From: Moniliella sp. 'wahieum'
Taxonomy: Eukaryota
Length of the DNA stretch: 64,000 nt
Assembly: GCA_003971905.1 (NCBI GenBank)
Contig: RSEE01000073.1
Location: 1 to 64,000 of the forward strand
Reading direction: 5' to 3'
Position numbers and translations under genes: made by a program. Below, in pieces: positions 50,763 to 63,412 of the stretch. A model generated the notes under the pieces. It saw only the letters and a program-made list of their open reading frames with translations. It was not told where the DNA came from and made no database searches. Numbering within the stretch: the stretch's first letter is position 1; every line of letters begins with the position of its first letter.

Positions 50763-53534
50763 TTATTGGGCCCAAGGTTGTTCAGGTGATCGAAGAAGCG
50801 GGGTAAAGCGGGTATCAGTGCCATCTGTAGCATATTCCATGGCCGCGATGATGGCTGAACAAAGCGAACTTCCCACAGCAGCGGCGGCAGAGAGGATGTA
50901 ATTCATCCTGTCGACAACCAATCCAGAGATTTTGTTAGAGAATAGAGTTAGCCTCATGCATCCCGTGAACAAAATACAAAGGGAAGATAAGGCAATGGAC
51001 GTACGCAATCCAATAATTCAACTGTCTACGAGGGAGAACAGTAGGTGAGTGACAACCCCCCAGAAAAACCAGGAGGTCCAGCAACCCGCTACATAAAATG
51101 CGAATTGCGATGTACCACCAAAGAAGAGCGGCCAATGGATCGAGCGGAGGTGAGCAAAGTGATTCACTGGGACGAAACCCGTCCGGCAAGGTACAAGAGC
51201 AGTGGCGCGACTGCACCAATAAGGAAAAAGTACAGAGTCCACTGGTATTGCTGTAGGAAGCCGTTCTTGTGAAGTCCGACGCCAGTCCAATATATGGGAT
51301 CGTACAATCCTGTAACCCGCGGTTTGGCTCCAGGGCTGATCTTCAGTGTATCGGAACTCCACCCCATCCAGATTCCACTTTGCAAGATTGAGCAGGCTAA
51401 TTGGGTTCCCACGAGTACAAAGAAGGTGATCCGTGGCGGGATCTTAAAGTAGACTGTCAGTTTGGAGCAGCCACAGTAGAGCATCGCCTGTTGGATGGTC
51501 CCCGGGCAGCATATCTGAAAGAGCGGTAGGATCGTCGTGTGCCCAGGCAGAGAAGCACTAGCAATCAACGTCGCCAAGTGCTCCACACACTTCAGCTCCA
51601 CCGATGTCAGGCCCACGACAATGCCCACTGGAACAATGAAGATTGCAGCCAGCGCGAGGGCAAGCACAATCGCCCAAACCGGTACCGAAGTGTGGTACAC
51701 GTGCACCATGGGGATGGCAAAGACAAAGGCAACCAGTAGCAAGCACAGGTACCACCAGGTGGGAACAGCCGGGTAGCGGGCGAGTTGGGCGTGGGGGTCA
51801 GGCGAATCAGCCACATTGGAAACCTTCCACCAGCGACGTAGGTCGCCGCCATGGAAAAGCGGGGTGTGTACGAGTAAGGCAGTGCAAGCAGCATAGGAAA
51901 ACGCCCAGGTCATGACGGTTGTGACAGAAAAGTATCCCTGGGGTGGATGAGGCGAATCAAATTGGGGGAGATCTAGATACATGTCTTGGGGCAATGGGTT
52001 GATATGCATGTCGGTGGCATTCAGCTCTGGGTCCCAGACTATGTCGAGAACGCCATAGGGAACGCAGGCGGCTTGGTTCCGGTTGGTAAAAAAGATCGGC
52101 AGGGCAATGACCCACATCGCAACGGCGAAGCCACAAAATACATTGACCAGCGCGCCCCATGGGACGATCAACGGCGAACCCAACGCTGGGATCACTAAAT
52201 TCCAGTCCAGGCACCAAAAAGACCAGCCCATGCCACCCAGTGAATCAAACAATAGATTGACCATAAAGCTGGACGGCGCAATCCACGTTGGCCACTGGAA
52301 CCATCCCAGAGGTCGGTAGAAGAAGTCTGGGATCCAGTGCCAGACGAACATGGCCGTCGCCACAATCCAAAAAACGCGGCGACGGTTCCAGTTGCCACGG
52401 CGAACCCCGTGTAAAGCCGTCAATATTGCACTGGTCTGAAGCTGCTGAGGATAAACCAGCTCACCAGGCCAAATGAGAAGACGTGTGGCAAGACCTGCCA
52501 AGGCAAATCCAAAGAATGGGGTCGAGAGATAGATGAGAAAGAGGAAGCCTGGTGGGAATGTTTCTCTTTTTTTGTGCCACTCTCCGTCAATAGAGACATT
52601 CCGGCCAAGTATTGCAAGGTTAAGTTGGGCCCCATGGCAACCGCAGCAACGATGGTGCAGATCCTGCGCGAAACAATCACACATGTCAGACAGAGGTCTC
52701 CTTACCTGGGACCTCAACGTCTCGGAAGTGGGGACGCACGTATGTTCCTTGAGGTTGAAAGGGCCAGGGTTGATGAACCAAGCCAGGGGCCAGTGCGATG
52801 GGTACGGTATTTTCGATAGCGCGAAACCCAAACAGTAGGTGAATGGCTGTACCAATACCGCACTTGTAGACACAAATACCTGTGGGTTGGCCCAGTATCC
52901 TCGGGTCTCCATAGCAACAAGGGCGGTGGTGAGGCCGAGGGCCAGTACAATGGAAAGCAGCCAGGTGCGGAACGTGTTGTATGGCATATCTGGGTCGTCT
53001 TCGTTAGGCACGACTGCGCGCACATGCGCATCAGCCAAGTCGGGACCCTTCTCTTCATGCGTCGTTTTCATCCCCATTGTTGGCGCCTTCACCCCACTGG
53101 TCCGATCCCCGGTTTTCGTTCTTCGCGGGTCCTGTCCCAGAGGGTTCATCATGTCGACCAAGCAGTGGATCGTTGTGATGGAGCGCGTCTTCCAAGAGCG
53201 ACTCTGATTCCATCCCATTCTCGTTGTCGTCCTCGACTGTGTTTGTGAACGAAAATGCGGCAGTATTCTTGTACGTCGCACGGTTTGTTGATGTTATGCT
53301 ATCAGTTGTGAGAGGCCGAAGAGAGTCGATGGCATCATCGGACGTGGACGGAAGGCCCGAGCTTTTGGAAAGTATGTGGGTCCGTTCCTCTTCATCTGCT
53401 TCGTTCAGCCCGCTTGAGGGAGGAGTCGGCATGACGTTAGTTTTTTGGCTTGCTTGTGGTGTTGGTGTTAGTGCTCGGTGTTGTTGTTGTTGTTGGTCGT
53501 GGTGGATTACAGTCATTGTGAGTTGAGCTTGCAT
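50763..53534 (-). pseudogene. OPT-family oligopeptide transporter, copy 2. At least 4 frameshifts (pseudogene or assembly indels); introns 52739-52664 and ~51004-50908
   Basis: VRAVVPNEDDPDMPYNTFRTW; FINPGPFNLKEH; LIWPGELVYP; LGSPLIVPW; DPHAQLARYPAVPTWWY; KLTVYFKIPPR; RMNYILSAA. Both intron positions match copy 1. The 3' end is uncertain. Confidence 0.88.
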
Positions 53535-54019
53535 TTATACTACCAGAGGTCGTCGTCCCATCTCCGTTCCAACTCGTAACCCTTCCTCGCACTCCCACTC
53601 ATATCATGCTCTTGTGTGCGCTCGAGCCTGGAGGCAATTAACTTCCCAGCTGCGCCAAAGGGATGCAACACCTAGTCGCAGAAGCGCAAAACCCAACCAA
53701 AGCATATTTTGGTACGGTCGCCCCTCCTCACCTACTACTATTATCCACGCCTCCCCACCTATACGGGTTAGCCTTGTCGACCACATAAGCCCCCTGTTGC
53801 ATCGATTCCGACCAACGTGAATTTGAACCCCCCTTCAAGGTGATACCGTACACCTCCAAAACGTATAGGCATAAATCGCAGTTGTGTGCGTTGTGTATAC
53901 TACGCGGCCTGGAGGCCCGAGATATATAAACCCTTCTCAATTAAACGGAACGGCGGGAGTAACATTGTGACTACCAACAGACTCGCTTACCCAACTTCTG
54001 GCTGCCGCTCTAGCTGACC

Positions 54020-54519
54020 TGTCATGGGGGGGGGTCATGGGACCCCCCCTGTAGTCTAGGGGTATAAACCCTTGGACAGATCAATCGGTGATTCGTACGT
54101 TAGGCCCTGCTCCAGATCCTGGTTGAACCGAGGGGTGTAGAGGCGAGGGAGAGACCCTCTATTAGTTTGGGTGGCTGCCTGCATGCCACAAAGGTCGCAG
54201 TCCAGACCCTCCGAGGTAGGAGCCGCGTACATAGGTCGTTAGACCAGCTGAAGGTGTCCAGGAGCCCCGAAGTTATCCTCTGTTCCTCGCAGCGTTACCA
54301 CACTCGGTACGCTGTAGTTGGCGGGAACAGACAGAGTCCTAAATAAGAGCAAGCACTACTGATGAGAGTAACCGCGGCTTGTAGTGCACTCGACGTAAGT
54401 CGTAAATTCGTAAGCGTAAGGTGGTAGAAGGTGGAAGGGCGAGAGAGGAACTGGTAGTCGGGGAGACCAAAGGTAAGACAAGATGGTCGACAAGGACCAC
54501 AGCTAGCAAGCCTTAGACA
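54020..54519 (+). mobile_element. LTR-like sequence (degenerate)
   Basis: Starts TGTCA, ends AGACA followed by TGGCTG, and has an internal TATAAA. Resembles 6688-7177 (minus strand). No TSD found. Confidence 0.35.
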
Positions 54520-55292
54520 TGGCTGCTTATATACAGCAGAAGGAACCGGGCCTCAAGTGCCTCATATTTTTTTTCGGTATAGACAGAATGCGGGGCACTT
54601 CCCACAGAGAGGTAAAGACTAATGCACCTCCCTTGCTTTCCAAGGTGCTGACGCTGCCTAGTCGAGGGCTGACGCTGCGTAGTCGCGCGCAGCAGGAAGG
54701 GTTCTGACAAGACTGGACGCAATGGGCACAAAGCATCGTACCGTCGATACGCCCATAAGCCCATGCGACCATGGCGGGCCGCGGATGATATCCGCAGCAA
54801 GGATAAGGTGTCGACCGGCTCTCTCTCGCTAGTCTAACCGGACTGACGCGTGTTTTGGGCTGAGATGTCTACGACGTGCGGGGCTCAGCTTCCGGAGATA
54901 ACCGGAGCGCCCCGTAACATGACCGGGCCGTAGGCCCGGTGGTCTCCTCGTTTTCATTACAAGGGGTGACTTGACCGTGAGAGAGGAACAAGCGAGTGAC
55001 ACCAAGAACACTACGGCTGGGTACTGGGTGCTGCGAAGGGGGTGATGGATACCATTCGTTGACATCATGACATGAATTATATTCAAGCTGTTGGGGAAAA
55101 GGGGAAGCGAGCTGTACTATAAACGTTAAACACCGATCGGGGTAAGGACAATCCGGCATCGAGGATCCGTGCGTGCGGGAGCCTGGGGTGGGGTGAGATC
55201 GATAAACGGGACGGTTGACGCATACGAGAACCAGGCGCACGCCTGAACCAGAGGAAGACGCCCGCCGCAAAGGAACAAGTGGGTCAAGACGC

Positions 55293-57224
55293 TTACTGAA
55301 CCTGTGCCGAGGACGGATATACAGCCTCGTACGCCGACAAGGTCCGTCGAAGTGCACGAGGGGGCTGTGGCAACGCTCGAGTGGAGCTCAGGCGTAGTTG
55401 ATCGCGATCTTCAGCCTGATCTGAAGAATGGCGAGATGGGATGGGGTCATTCAAACGTGCTAGGGTGGTCTCGTTCCTACTTCCAACGTCGTGGGCAGCA
55501 AGGGCAAGCTTACCCACCAGCACCTCTGTTCCATTTGGTTTGGGCGCGTCGGGGGAACCACCCTTTGGATCATGAGGGAGTCGGTCTTGCAGTCTATTGT
55601 ACCACCCACTGCCCTTGCGTCCCAGTTGGCGCTCGGCCAAGCCCGGGGAGTAGAGGGGGGAGTAAGGCAAGCTACTGTCGGAAGTGCGTGCCACCCCGTC
55701 GGGTGTGCGTGCAGGCTCAGTCATGGGGATACGGCGTGTGCCCAGGGCAGGGGCGGTGGAAGGTTCCTGGACCCAAGGTGACGTGGGTCGTGCCGAGGAA
55801 AGAGAGGAGGAACGAGCGATGCCTTGGAGATAAGGATACGACACGGCTGACACAATGGACGGACTGGCCTGACGATGAACGGTGGTAGTTGGATGAAGCA
55901 AGAACGAAGACGATCGTTCAGCCAAGTTCTCCCGCGACGGTTCTTCCAGTACAGGGAAGGAAACGTCGTGCGGGACAAACCGCCGATCCCGGGCCAACAT
56001 AGGTGGGGGCGACCCCGCCCCGTGCATGTCCGAATCAAGAGCTGTCCCGCAGTCTCCAACAGGAATGGACATTCCCACTGTGGTAGTCAACCGTGCGGTC
56101 TCGATTTCGCGCTTGGCCTGGGCCCGGGCGCGGAAGACGCGCAAGTGGCGGATTGAAGCCGGATTGCCACCAGGCATGTACTTGCCCTTTCTCTGGCGTG
56201 GTCAACCCCGGACCCATTTTCTCATGGCTGAGAAGAAGACTAGAGCGGAAAGAGCGAGACACGACGGCAGCTAAGCTGGCCGCACGGGAGGTACTCGCGC
56301 CACTGTGCCCCGAAGCAATACTGGAGTACCCTGACATGGGTCGCTCCGGAGAGACGTGTGGCTCCCTAAGCAGGAGAGCCGGTTGGGGTTCGGGGGTGGT
56401 GGTGGTAAAGTGCAGCTGGGGCCAGCTGAGGTGAGCAAGGGAGGTGTCGTGCCCATCGCTGGGGTAGGAGAGGATGCCGCTGTGATGGTCGAGGGTGCCC
56501 ATGCCACTGTTGGAGTGGCCGCTTGAGCTCATGGGCTCGTTGGCCTTGTCTTTCACTTCCCAGTGGGTTTCAATCGTTGAAGAGCTGTCGAGAGGAAGTC
56601 GGCGGCGGGCGACCGCCGTGCGCGGAAGAACCTCAGCAGCTTGGCCCCGCTCCCGGCTGGATCGGGGGCCGAAAACTGATTCGGCACGGGATCGTTTGCG
56701 GCGGCAGTACAGCCAGATGGCCAGCATGGCCAGCATCCAAAGGATCACGGCCAAAGCGACGCTAAGAGTGGGTGCCAAGATGGAGGCTAGATAACGTCGA
56801 TGGGAGGCACTTTGCTCATGGCTATCCGCAATCTCGTTGGCTGGCCGGCCGATCCAAGTGGCGTTAGGAGTGCCTGCGATGAGATTGCCGGGCGTGGAAG
56901 ATGCTGAATGAAGTGTTGAAAAAGAAGAAGTCAGATGTATGGGCATCGATCATGCGAAGAAGGATGTCTCTTTACCTTGAAGGCTCTGGGGCCAGGTCGA
57001 GGTGGTGGCCGGTTGCTTCCAGAGTGACTGGTGGGCAGGGGGCAGCGGGCGCCTGATCCTGTCCCTCCAAGACGCCGGTCGGAGCCATTAGGCGAGCAAG
57101 GGGGGAAGAAGGTGGCTGTGGGGACAAGCCCAGGGGTGGAGGAAAGGGGAAGGGGGAGAGTGACCGTGTCGGGTCGAATAGCTGCGTCGGTCGGCCCATC
57201 CAACCGAGACGGGAGGGCGGGCAT
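55293..57224 (-). CDS. Hypothetical single-pass membrane protein with S/T/P-rich ectodomain and disordered tail (fragmented)
   Basis: Hydrophobic span LASILAPTLSVALAVILWMLAMLAIWLYC followed by a basic RRKRSR stop-transfer signal. Consecutive minus-strand ORFs 57224-56931, 56946-56035 and 56177-55293. Confidence 0.55.
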
Positions 57225-58291
57225 TGTTGGTTGTGCGATCTGAGGACGAGAAGAACAGAATGCGTGTGGGCACAAGGAGACCCGCTCCTTGATGTCCAGC
57301 ACGACTGGCAGAGAGATGGGGAGGCGGGGGAAGCGAGGGAAACAGGGGAAACTGAGGAAACGGAGGAACCGGGGAGGCAGCCAGGCCTCCGGCGAGGGAT
57401 GGGGGATGGGGGACGGGGGATGGGGGATGGGGGATGGGGCGTGACGAGGACCAACGGCCACAAGACCAGCAGGGACCGAGGCGGGCAGAAGCCAGAGACC
57501 AGCTCGAGCGCTGCGGAGGAGAAGAGGATGTGGGGGGGTGGGGCAGGCTTAGCCGGTGCCATCGGCTTCTGATCGGCTGGCTGGCCGATGATCCGCTTCG
57601 ATATACGATAGCAGGCGGCAGAGACATAGATATAGACACTGTTCCAACCCCCCCTTCCTGCTTGAACGTTTCAACTCCACAGCACAGGGCACTGGACCAG
57701 TCTCCTCTCATTGCTGCGGCTCAATTTAACGTTTTAACGTTTAAAATTTAGCCCTGCTCCCCCGTATATCAATCGCCGCGACGTCGCCGGTTCCACCAGT
57801 TGGACCTAACCAGATCTAAATGACAGGCGCTGTTTCGGACTCGACCTAGTAGGTTCGGCGGTGGGCTCAATCTTCCATCCGAGTGCCATCTGTGATCATG
57901 CAGACAACGTGTGGGTCCCGGTCACCAGCAGAACTTGCCCCCTGGGGCTCTGAGGCACAAAGCTTGAAGCTTGAAGCCGCCTGGCTATGTGAGGACTGAA
58001 TTAAGTTCTGAAGGTCTGAGCGCGAGGGCGAAAAAAAAGGCATCTGGTTCGACAGGAACTAGTTGTCAACATGCAAAAAAGGGTATTCTTGGCAGCGGAG
58101 GAGGTGACGAGCTGATTGGGGCGAAGCAAGGTGGATGTGTTCCAACCCGTCACACTAAGCGAAGCATAAGCATAGAACCCCGGTGGGTGGGGGGAAAGGG
58201 AGAGTGTGGACTTTTGCCCGCAATGGGGCGAGGCATCAGACATCAGACATCAGACATCAGGCCTCAGGCCTCAGGCATCAGGCCTCAGGCA

Positions 58292-60723
58292 TCAAAAGTC
58301 CCAACCGGGTACATGAAAGAGCTGAGCATAAGCAAAGTACTTTTGCATCAAGCGCAAGATGGGTTTGGGTGGGTCGAGAGCAACGAGGGTGTAGGAGACC
58401 TTTGCCAACCCCTCATTTTGAACGAGGGCAAAGATTGCCTTGCTCACAGCGCCTGGGTAGACGCTCTCTGCGTACCAACGGTGATGGAAGCAAGTCAACT
58501 TGACCGCCAACCAGATCGCTCTGCGTACATCGCCCTCTTCAGTGTACATTTCCATCAGGGCCTGATGTGCTTTGGCGCTGAACCGATGACACTGCTGGTT
58601 CTTGAGCACCACGGTCGAGGAAGAAGGCAGGTTGGCTGTGCTCTTCCCTGGCCTACCCAACCCAGCCGACCAATTGCCTGGGGAGCCAATACCGTTCGGC
58701 GCTGAGCCCGAAACGTCGAGGCAGCGCAGATAGGCCTCCTTGGCTTCGTTGGGGTGACTGAGACGTAAGGCCAGGTCCCCCAAGATTTCCCATTCAAGGG
58801 AAGTCTTGATGTAGGGTTTGCGCATGTTCATAAAGTGTTCCATTTCCGCGCGCCAGATGGTGTAGATTCGCAGATCCTCATACAGGACCATAAATAAGTT
58901 GTCTAGCCAGCGTTCACACAATCGTCGGGTACCAATGGCCGCCTGGCTCTCCGCTTCCTCGTCCTTCCCTTCAGGTGTAGTTGTCCTACTGGTCGCCTGG
59001 GTTGATATGGCTGGCTCGCTTTCATAGTCGCCAGCCTTGCTGCCATTCTCGACTTCGGTGACCAAGTCCCAGTCCTCACCACTCGTACGCTCATGAGGTA
59101 GCGTTTCAGGCCGGGAAAGGTCAGGTGTACTAACGTCAAACGAGCCTCCGTACTCTTTCTCTGACTCGCCTGCGTCTGACCCGGGGGAGATCTTGATAGT
59201 GGGGATTGGCGGGCGAGAAGGGTGACGGTCACCATTGGCAGTGGGCGCCAAGTTGGCCTCTTTGCCTGATTCGCTCGACTGTTGCTGAAGTGTGGGGTTA
59301 GGGAATTCACCTTCCCCTGTATAACCAACTTTGTTAGCATCTTGCTTGGCCTTGTGTGAACGAAACTCCTCTTCCATGAAGAACACATTGCTCCTTCGAC
59401 GTAGGAGATCGTCCCAGCCAATCTTGGAGACGAGTTGCGTTAATAGTCGGTAGGCATGAGCAAATGTGCCGCGTAGTGCTGGGGCCGGCAAACGAAGGAG
59501 CGCGACATCAGCATCGGTAGGACCAGCGGTTGCGATCCCTTCTGCTCCCGCGACGGAAATGGAGAGCGGGCCTTGAAGCCCGGCGGGCTGGGCAAGGGGG
59601 TTAGAAGAAGCATCCTCCGCCAAGACACCGGATTCAAGGATGAATTGTTGGACGGGAAAGTGAGTTCGTGCAGGAGGGGGCATACGATGGAGGTCCCGTG
59701 CTTCAAAGGTGAACATGGGACAAGAGTTGAGAGTAGAAAGTGCGTCTTCCCATTGGCCTAGTTCGATGTAGCTCTGAGTAAGTTTGGCCCAAACCGTAAA
59801 CTCGCTCGGAGCACATTTGACAGCGGCCAAAGTCAAATCGCGAGCCCACTCGACCTCTCCCCTTTGACGCAAGAATTCGGTCTGGATATGGAGAAGAGCA
59901 TACGATTCGGAAGAGAGGTGGGGTTGGGAGGTTCCCCTCAACGCCGTGTGCATGACATTGATCGCTTTGGTTTCCTCGTTCATGCCCAAATAGGCATCAG
60001 CGAGCAGCGCAGCGCATTCCGGTTCGCGCGCATAGAGTTTCTCAAACAAATTGACGGCCACTTCCAGGCGATTGGCGTGACCAAAGTACTTGAGGATGCC
60101 CTGAGCAAGGTGATTCTTAACAACCGTAGCCACTTGAATTTCGGGATCGCTGCCAAGCTGCCAGCCCTTGAAAAACAGGTTCTCGGCAGCCTCGAGGAAC
60201 CGATTCTCATCCTCTGGGGTCGAAAGAGCGTCCAGCTTGCGATAGCCGGCTAAGCGATAGTGGGGGTCATCAGCGTAGTGGATGCTGCGGAGAAGGGCAG
60301 AGAGATAGACTTCCTGCCAGATCTCGGGCGACAGGGCATGGCGTTCGCCGCGCAGATCGACAAAGTAAGCATCGACGCCGCCTGGAATGGAGACTTGGAC
60401 ACGGACGTCGATGCGGGAGAAGGCGTTGAAGCAGCAGTGCGTTCCGCTGACAACGGACCACGGCGTGGTGAGCCAGGAGGTGGCGCGTGGGAGCTGGTAG
60501 TTGAGCGAGTTGATGTAGGCGGCGAGGGAGGCAGACGAAGAGGCGTCGGCGCCCGACACGTAGTGGTACGAGCTGAGCTCCGAGCGGCCAGAGCGCTTGA
60601 CAACCTGACACAGATCGGGCGGACCCAGCTCGCGGAAGGTGGCGAGTGATTCGGTCCGGGCGGCCAGCGCCTCGCCGGGGAGTGGTCTCGAAAACTCGGG
60701 CAGCGCCACAAACGCGTCGCCAT
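58292..60723 (-). CDS. ChAPs family exomer cargo adaptor (Bch1/Bud7-like)
   Basis: ARTESLATFRELGPPDLC, DASSSASLAAYINSL, CCFNAFSRIDVRV, LNSCPMFT, IGWDDLLRRRSNVFFMEEE, RRLCERWLDNLFMVLYEDLR, EWEILGDLALRL. The ATG at 60723 needs a 1-nt correction. Confidence 0.93.
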
Positions 60724-61064
60724 GCCGGGGAAGAGGAGATGGAGGGGAAGGCGGCGGCGGCGGCAAAGACGCGACCGTGGGGGCTTGGTTACTTGCCCGG
60801 CTACTAACCTAGCCGACTTGGCAACTCAGCAATGCATAATGCGGCGTGCTTGGGCGCTTGGCCATGTGGCGCCACACTGCCCCTGTGCGCTTACCCCCCC
60901 GCCCGCGACGGGCGGAACACCCGGTGGAATTTCCGCCGCCGCGCCCGTTTGCGTTCGCTTCGTCTTCTGACTTCTGAGGTGTGGGCGGCGTCGGAGCAGG
61001 CCCGACGCCCGGCTCTGTCAGCGGTCTGTGCTCGCGCCTCCACCATCGCCCATCGCTGCCTACG

Positions 61065-63122
61065 ATGCCGACTGTGACTGTGGACAAGCAGCGCTTCTTC
61101 CAGGCGATCGGAGCCGCGCCCGGCTACACGTCGCAAGAGTTCGACGAGCTTTGCTTCCAGTTCGGCATTGAGCTCGACGAGGACACTGAGCTCGAGGCGG
61201 CCAAGGCTGGCCAGAAGTTGCCGCCCGGCACGCGGCCCGAGCTCAAGATCGACATCCCGGCCAACCGGTACGACATGCTGTGCCACGAAGGCATTTCGCG
61301 TGCTCTCAATGTGTACCTTGGCCGTGCTGAGCCGCCGCAGTACCGGCTTGCCACCCCAAAGACAAGCGATGGCCAGCCGCTCGAGATCCACGTGACGCCC
61401 AACCCGTCCCAGGTGCGGCCTTACATCCAGGGCGCTGTCCTGCGTGGCATCAAGTTCACGCCGGAAAACTATGCCAGCTTCATTGATCTGCAGGACAAGT
61501 TGCACCAGAACCTGGCTCGTCGCCGCACGCTCGTTTCCATGGGCACCCACGACCTCGACACCATCACCGGTCCGTTCACCTACGATGCCAAGCCGCCGAA
61601 GGACATCAAGTTTGTCCCGTTGAACCAGACCCAGGCTGTGGATGGAAACGAGCTGATGGCGCTGTACGAGCACGATAGTCACCTCAAGCCCTACCTTCCC
61701 ATCATTCGTGACAAGCCCGTCTACCCCGTCGTGCTCGACTCCAAGGGCACGGTGTGCTCCTTGCCCCCCATCATCAACTCGGAGCATTCCAAGATCACGC
61801 TCAATACAACCGACGTCTTTATTGAGATTACAGCCATTGACGAAACACGTCTGGCATTTGCGATGAACATTCTTGTCACGATGTTTTCCGAGTACTGTGC
61901 TGAGCCGTTTGCCATCGAGCCGGTCAAGGTTGTTTATCCCGATGGCAAGACCCACATCACGCCGGACCTGTCTTCGCGCAAGACGAGTGTCAAGACGTCC
62001 TATGTCAATGGTACCGGTACCGGTCTGCAGCTCACCCCTGAGGAATTGGCCGCGCTGCTGGTTAAGATGGGTCACCAGACGCGGGTGCCGCAAGGCACCC
62101 AGGCTGGGCCTGAGGGTGAGGTCGAGGTTGACATTCCGTGCACCCGGCCCGACGTGCTGGCTGCGTGTGACTTGTTGGAAGATGCGGCGGTGGCATATGG
62201 GTTCGATAACTTGAAGCGCCGTTTCCCGGATGTAGGGGGCGTGGGCAAGCCGCTGCCGATCAACAAGTTGGGGGATGTGGTCCGTACCGAACTTGCGCTA
62301 GCCGGATGGATCGAAGTCTTGTCGCTCATCCTGTGTTCGGAGGAGGAAAACTTTGCTGCGCTGCGCAAGAAGGATGATGATTCGGCTGTCAAGTTGGAGA
62401 ATCCCAAGACGAACGAGTTTGGGGTGGTGCGTACCTCGCTCCTGCCTGGTCTGCTCAAGACGGTACGGGAGAACAGGAAACATGCGCTTCCTCTGCGCTT
62501 GTTTGAAGTGCAGGACATTGTGACCAAGACAACTGCTGCTGAGGCCGATCCTTCCTCGCCTCTTTTCCTCCCTGATGCGGTGGATGTCGGATCGAAGAAT
62601 CAGCGCCACGCGGCCGTGCTCTATTCCAACCGGACAGCCAACTTTGAGATTGTGCACGGAGCTTTGGACCAACTGATGCGCAAACTGGAGGTGCCTCGAA
62701 TCCACTCGCAGGATGCTCAGGCGGACCAGGGGTGGTACCTCGAGCAATCGGACGAGCCTACGTTCTGGCCTGTGCAGTGCGCCTCGATTGTCTACCGCCC
62801 TGCCTCCCAGTCTGAGGAAGGGAAGCAGGCTTCAACTTCGAGCGGTACGTCGGCCCTTGAGACGCTTGGCACCAAGTTGGCTGCTGCCCTTCCGGGCCAG
62901 ATGGAGAATGCTACGGAGATCACGGGGGGGCCGGAGGAATTTGTCAACCGCACCTCGGCGTCCGTCTCGCTGCGCCGGAAGCCCAAGGCCACCAACCCAA
63001 AAGCCACGAGCCGGGACCGGGTCATTGGTCACATTGGCGTCCTCCATCCCGAAGTGCTGCAGAACTTCTCGATCGACTATCCTTGCTCGGCATTCGAGTT
63101 GGACATTGAGGCGTTCTTGTAA
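61065..63122 (+). CDS. FRS1: Phenylalanine-tRNA ligase beta subunit (cytoplasmic), intronless
   Basis: MPTVTVDK..EFDELCFQFGIELDEDT..KIDIPANRYDMLC..YASFIDLQDKLHQNLARRRTLVSMGTHDLD..SLPPIINSEHSKI..VRTSLLPGLLKT..GVLHPEVL. Confidence 0.96.
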   Translation: MPTVTVDKQRFFQAIGAAPGYTSQEFDELCFQFGIELDEDTELEAAKAGQKLPPGTRPELKIDIPANRYDMLCHEGISRALNVYLGRAEPPQYRLATPKTSDGQPLEIHVTPNPSQVRPYIQGAVLRGIKFTPENYASFIDLQDKLHQNLARRRTLVSMGTHDLDTITGPFTYDAKPPKDIKFVPLNQTQAVDGNELMALYEHDSHLKPYLPIIRDKPVYPVVLDSKGTVCSLPPIINSEHSKITLNTTDVFIEITAIDETRLAFAMNILVTMFSEYCAEPFAIEPVKVVYPDGKTHITPDLSSRKTSVKTSYVNGTGTGLQLTPEELAALLVKMGHQTRVPQGTQAGPEGEVEVDIPCTRPDVLAACDLLEDAAVAYGFDNLKRRFPDVGGVGKPLPINKLGDVVRTELALAGWIEVLSLILCSEEENFAALRKKDDDSAVKLENPKTNEFGVVRTSLLPGLLKTVRENRKHALPLRLFEVQDIVTKTTAAEADPSSPLFLPDAVDVGSKNQRHAAVLYSNRTANFEIVHGALDQLMRKLEVPRIHSQDAQADQGWYLEQSDEPTFWPVQCASIVYRPASQSEEGKQASTSSGTSALETLGTKLAAALPGQMENATEITGGPEEFVNRTSASVSLRRKPKATNPKATSRDRVIGHIGVLHPEVLQNFSIDYPCSAFELDIEAFL

Positions 63123-63412
63123 TGGGCTGTGGGCTCGCCATACTAGGTTTGGGGGATTGCATGCCAGCACGCTTCATCCTTCTTTGTTCGCCATACGTCC
63201 CATAGGTGGTGGGCTTTCCGTAGAGATGCAAAGGTACACGCGCCTGCTTATTGCGCTAATGTAAAGAGGCCTCTCCAAAGAGGATCACCCTATTAAGTTT
63301 CAGACGAGTGAAAAAAAGCTTCTTTGAGGAGCGTGCATCATCGATCATCCAAAAAAGCCCGCCCCCGCATAATTTTCGCAACTGCTACCTACCTACCACC
63401 TACTCTTCCACC

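Noticed and set aside
60891..62093. 400-aa minus-strand ORF and similar long antisense ORFs over PheRS, importin, ARF1 and pol
   Set aside because: They are antisense shadows of GC3-rich coding sequence with no independent motifs.
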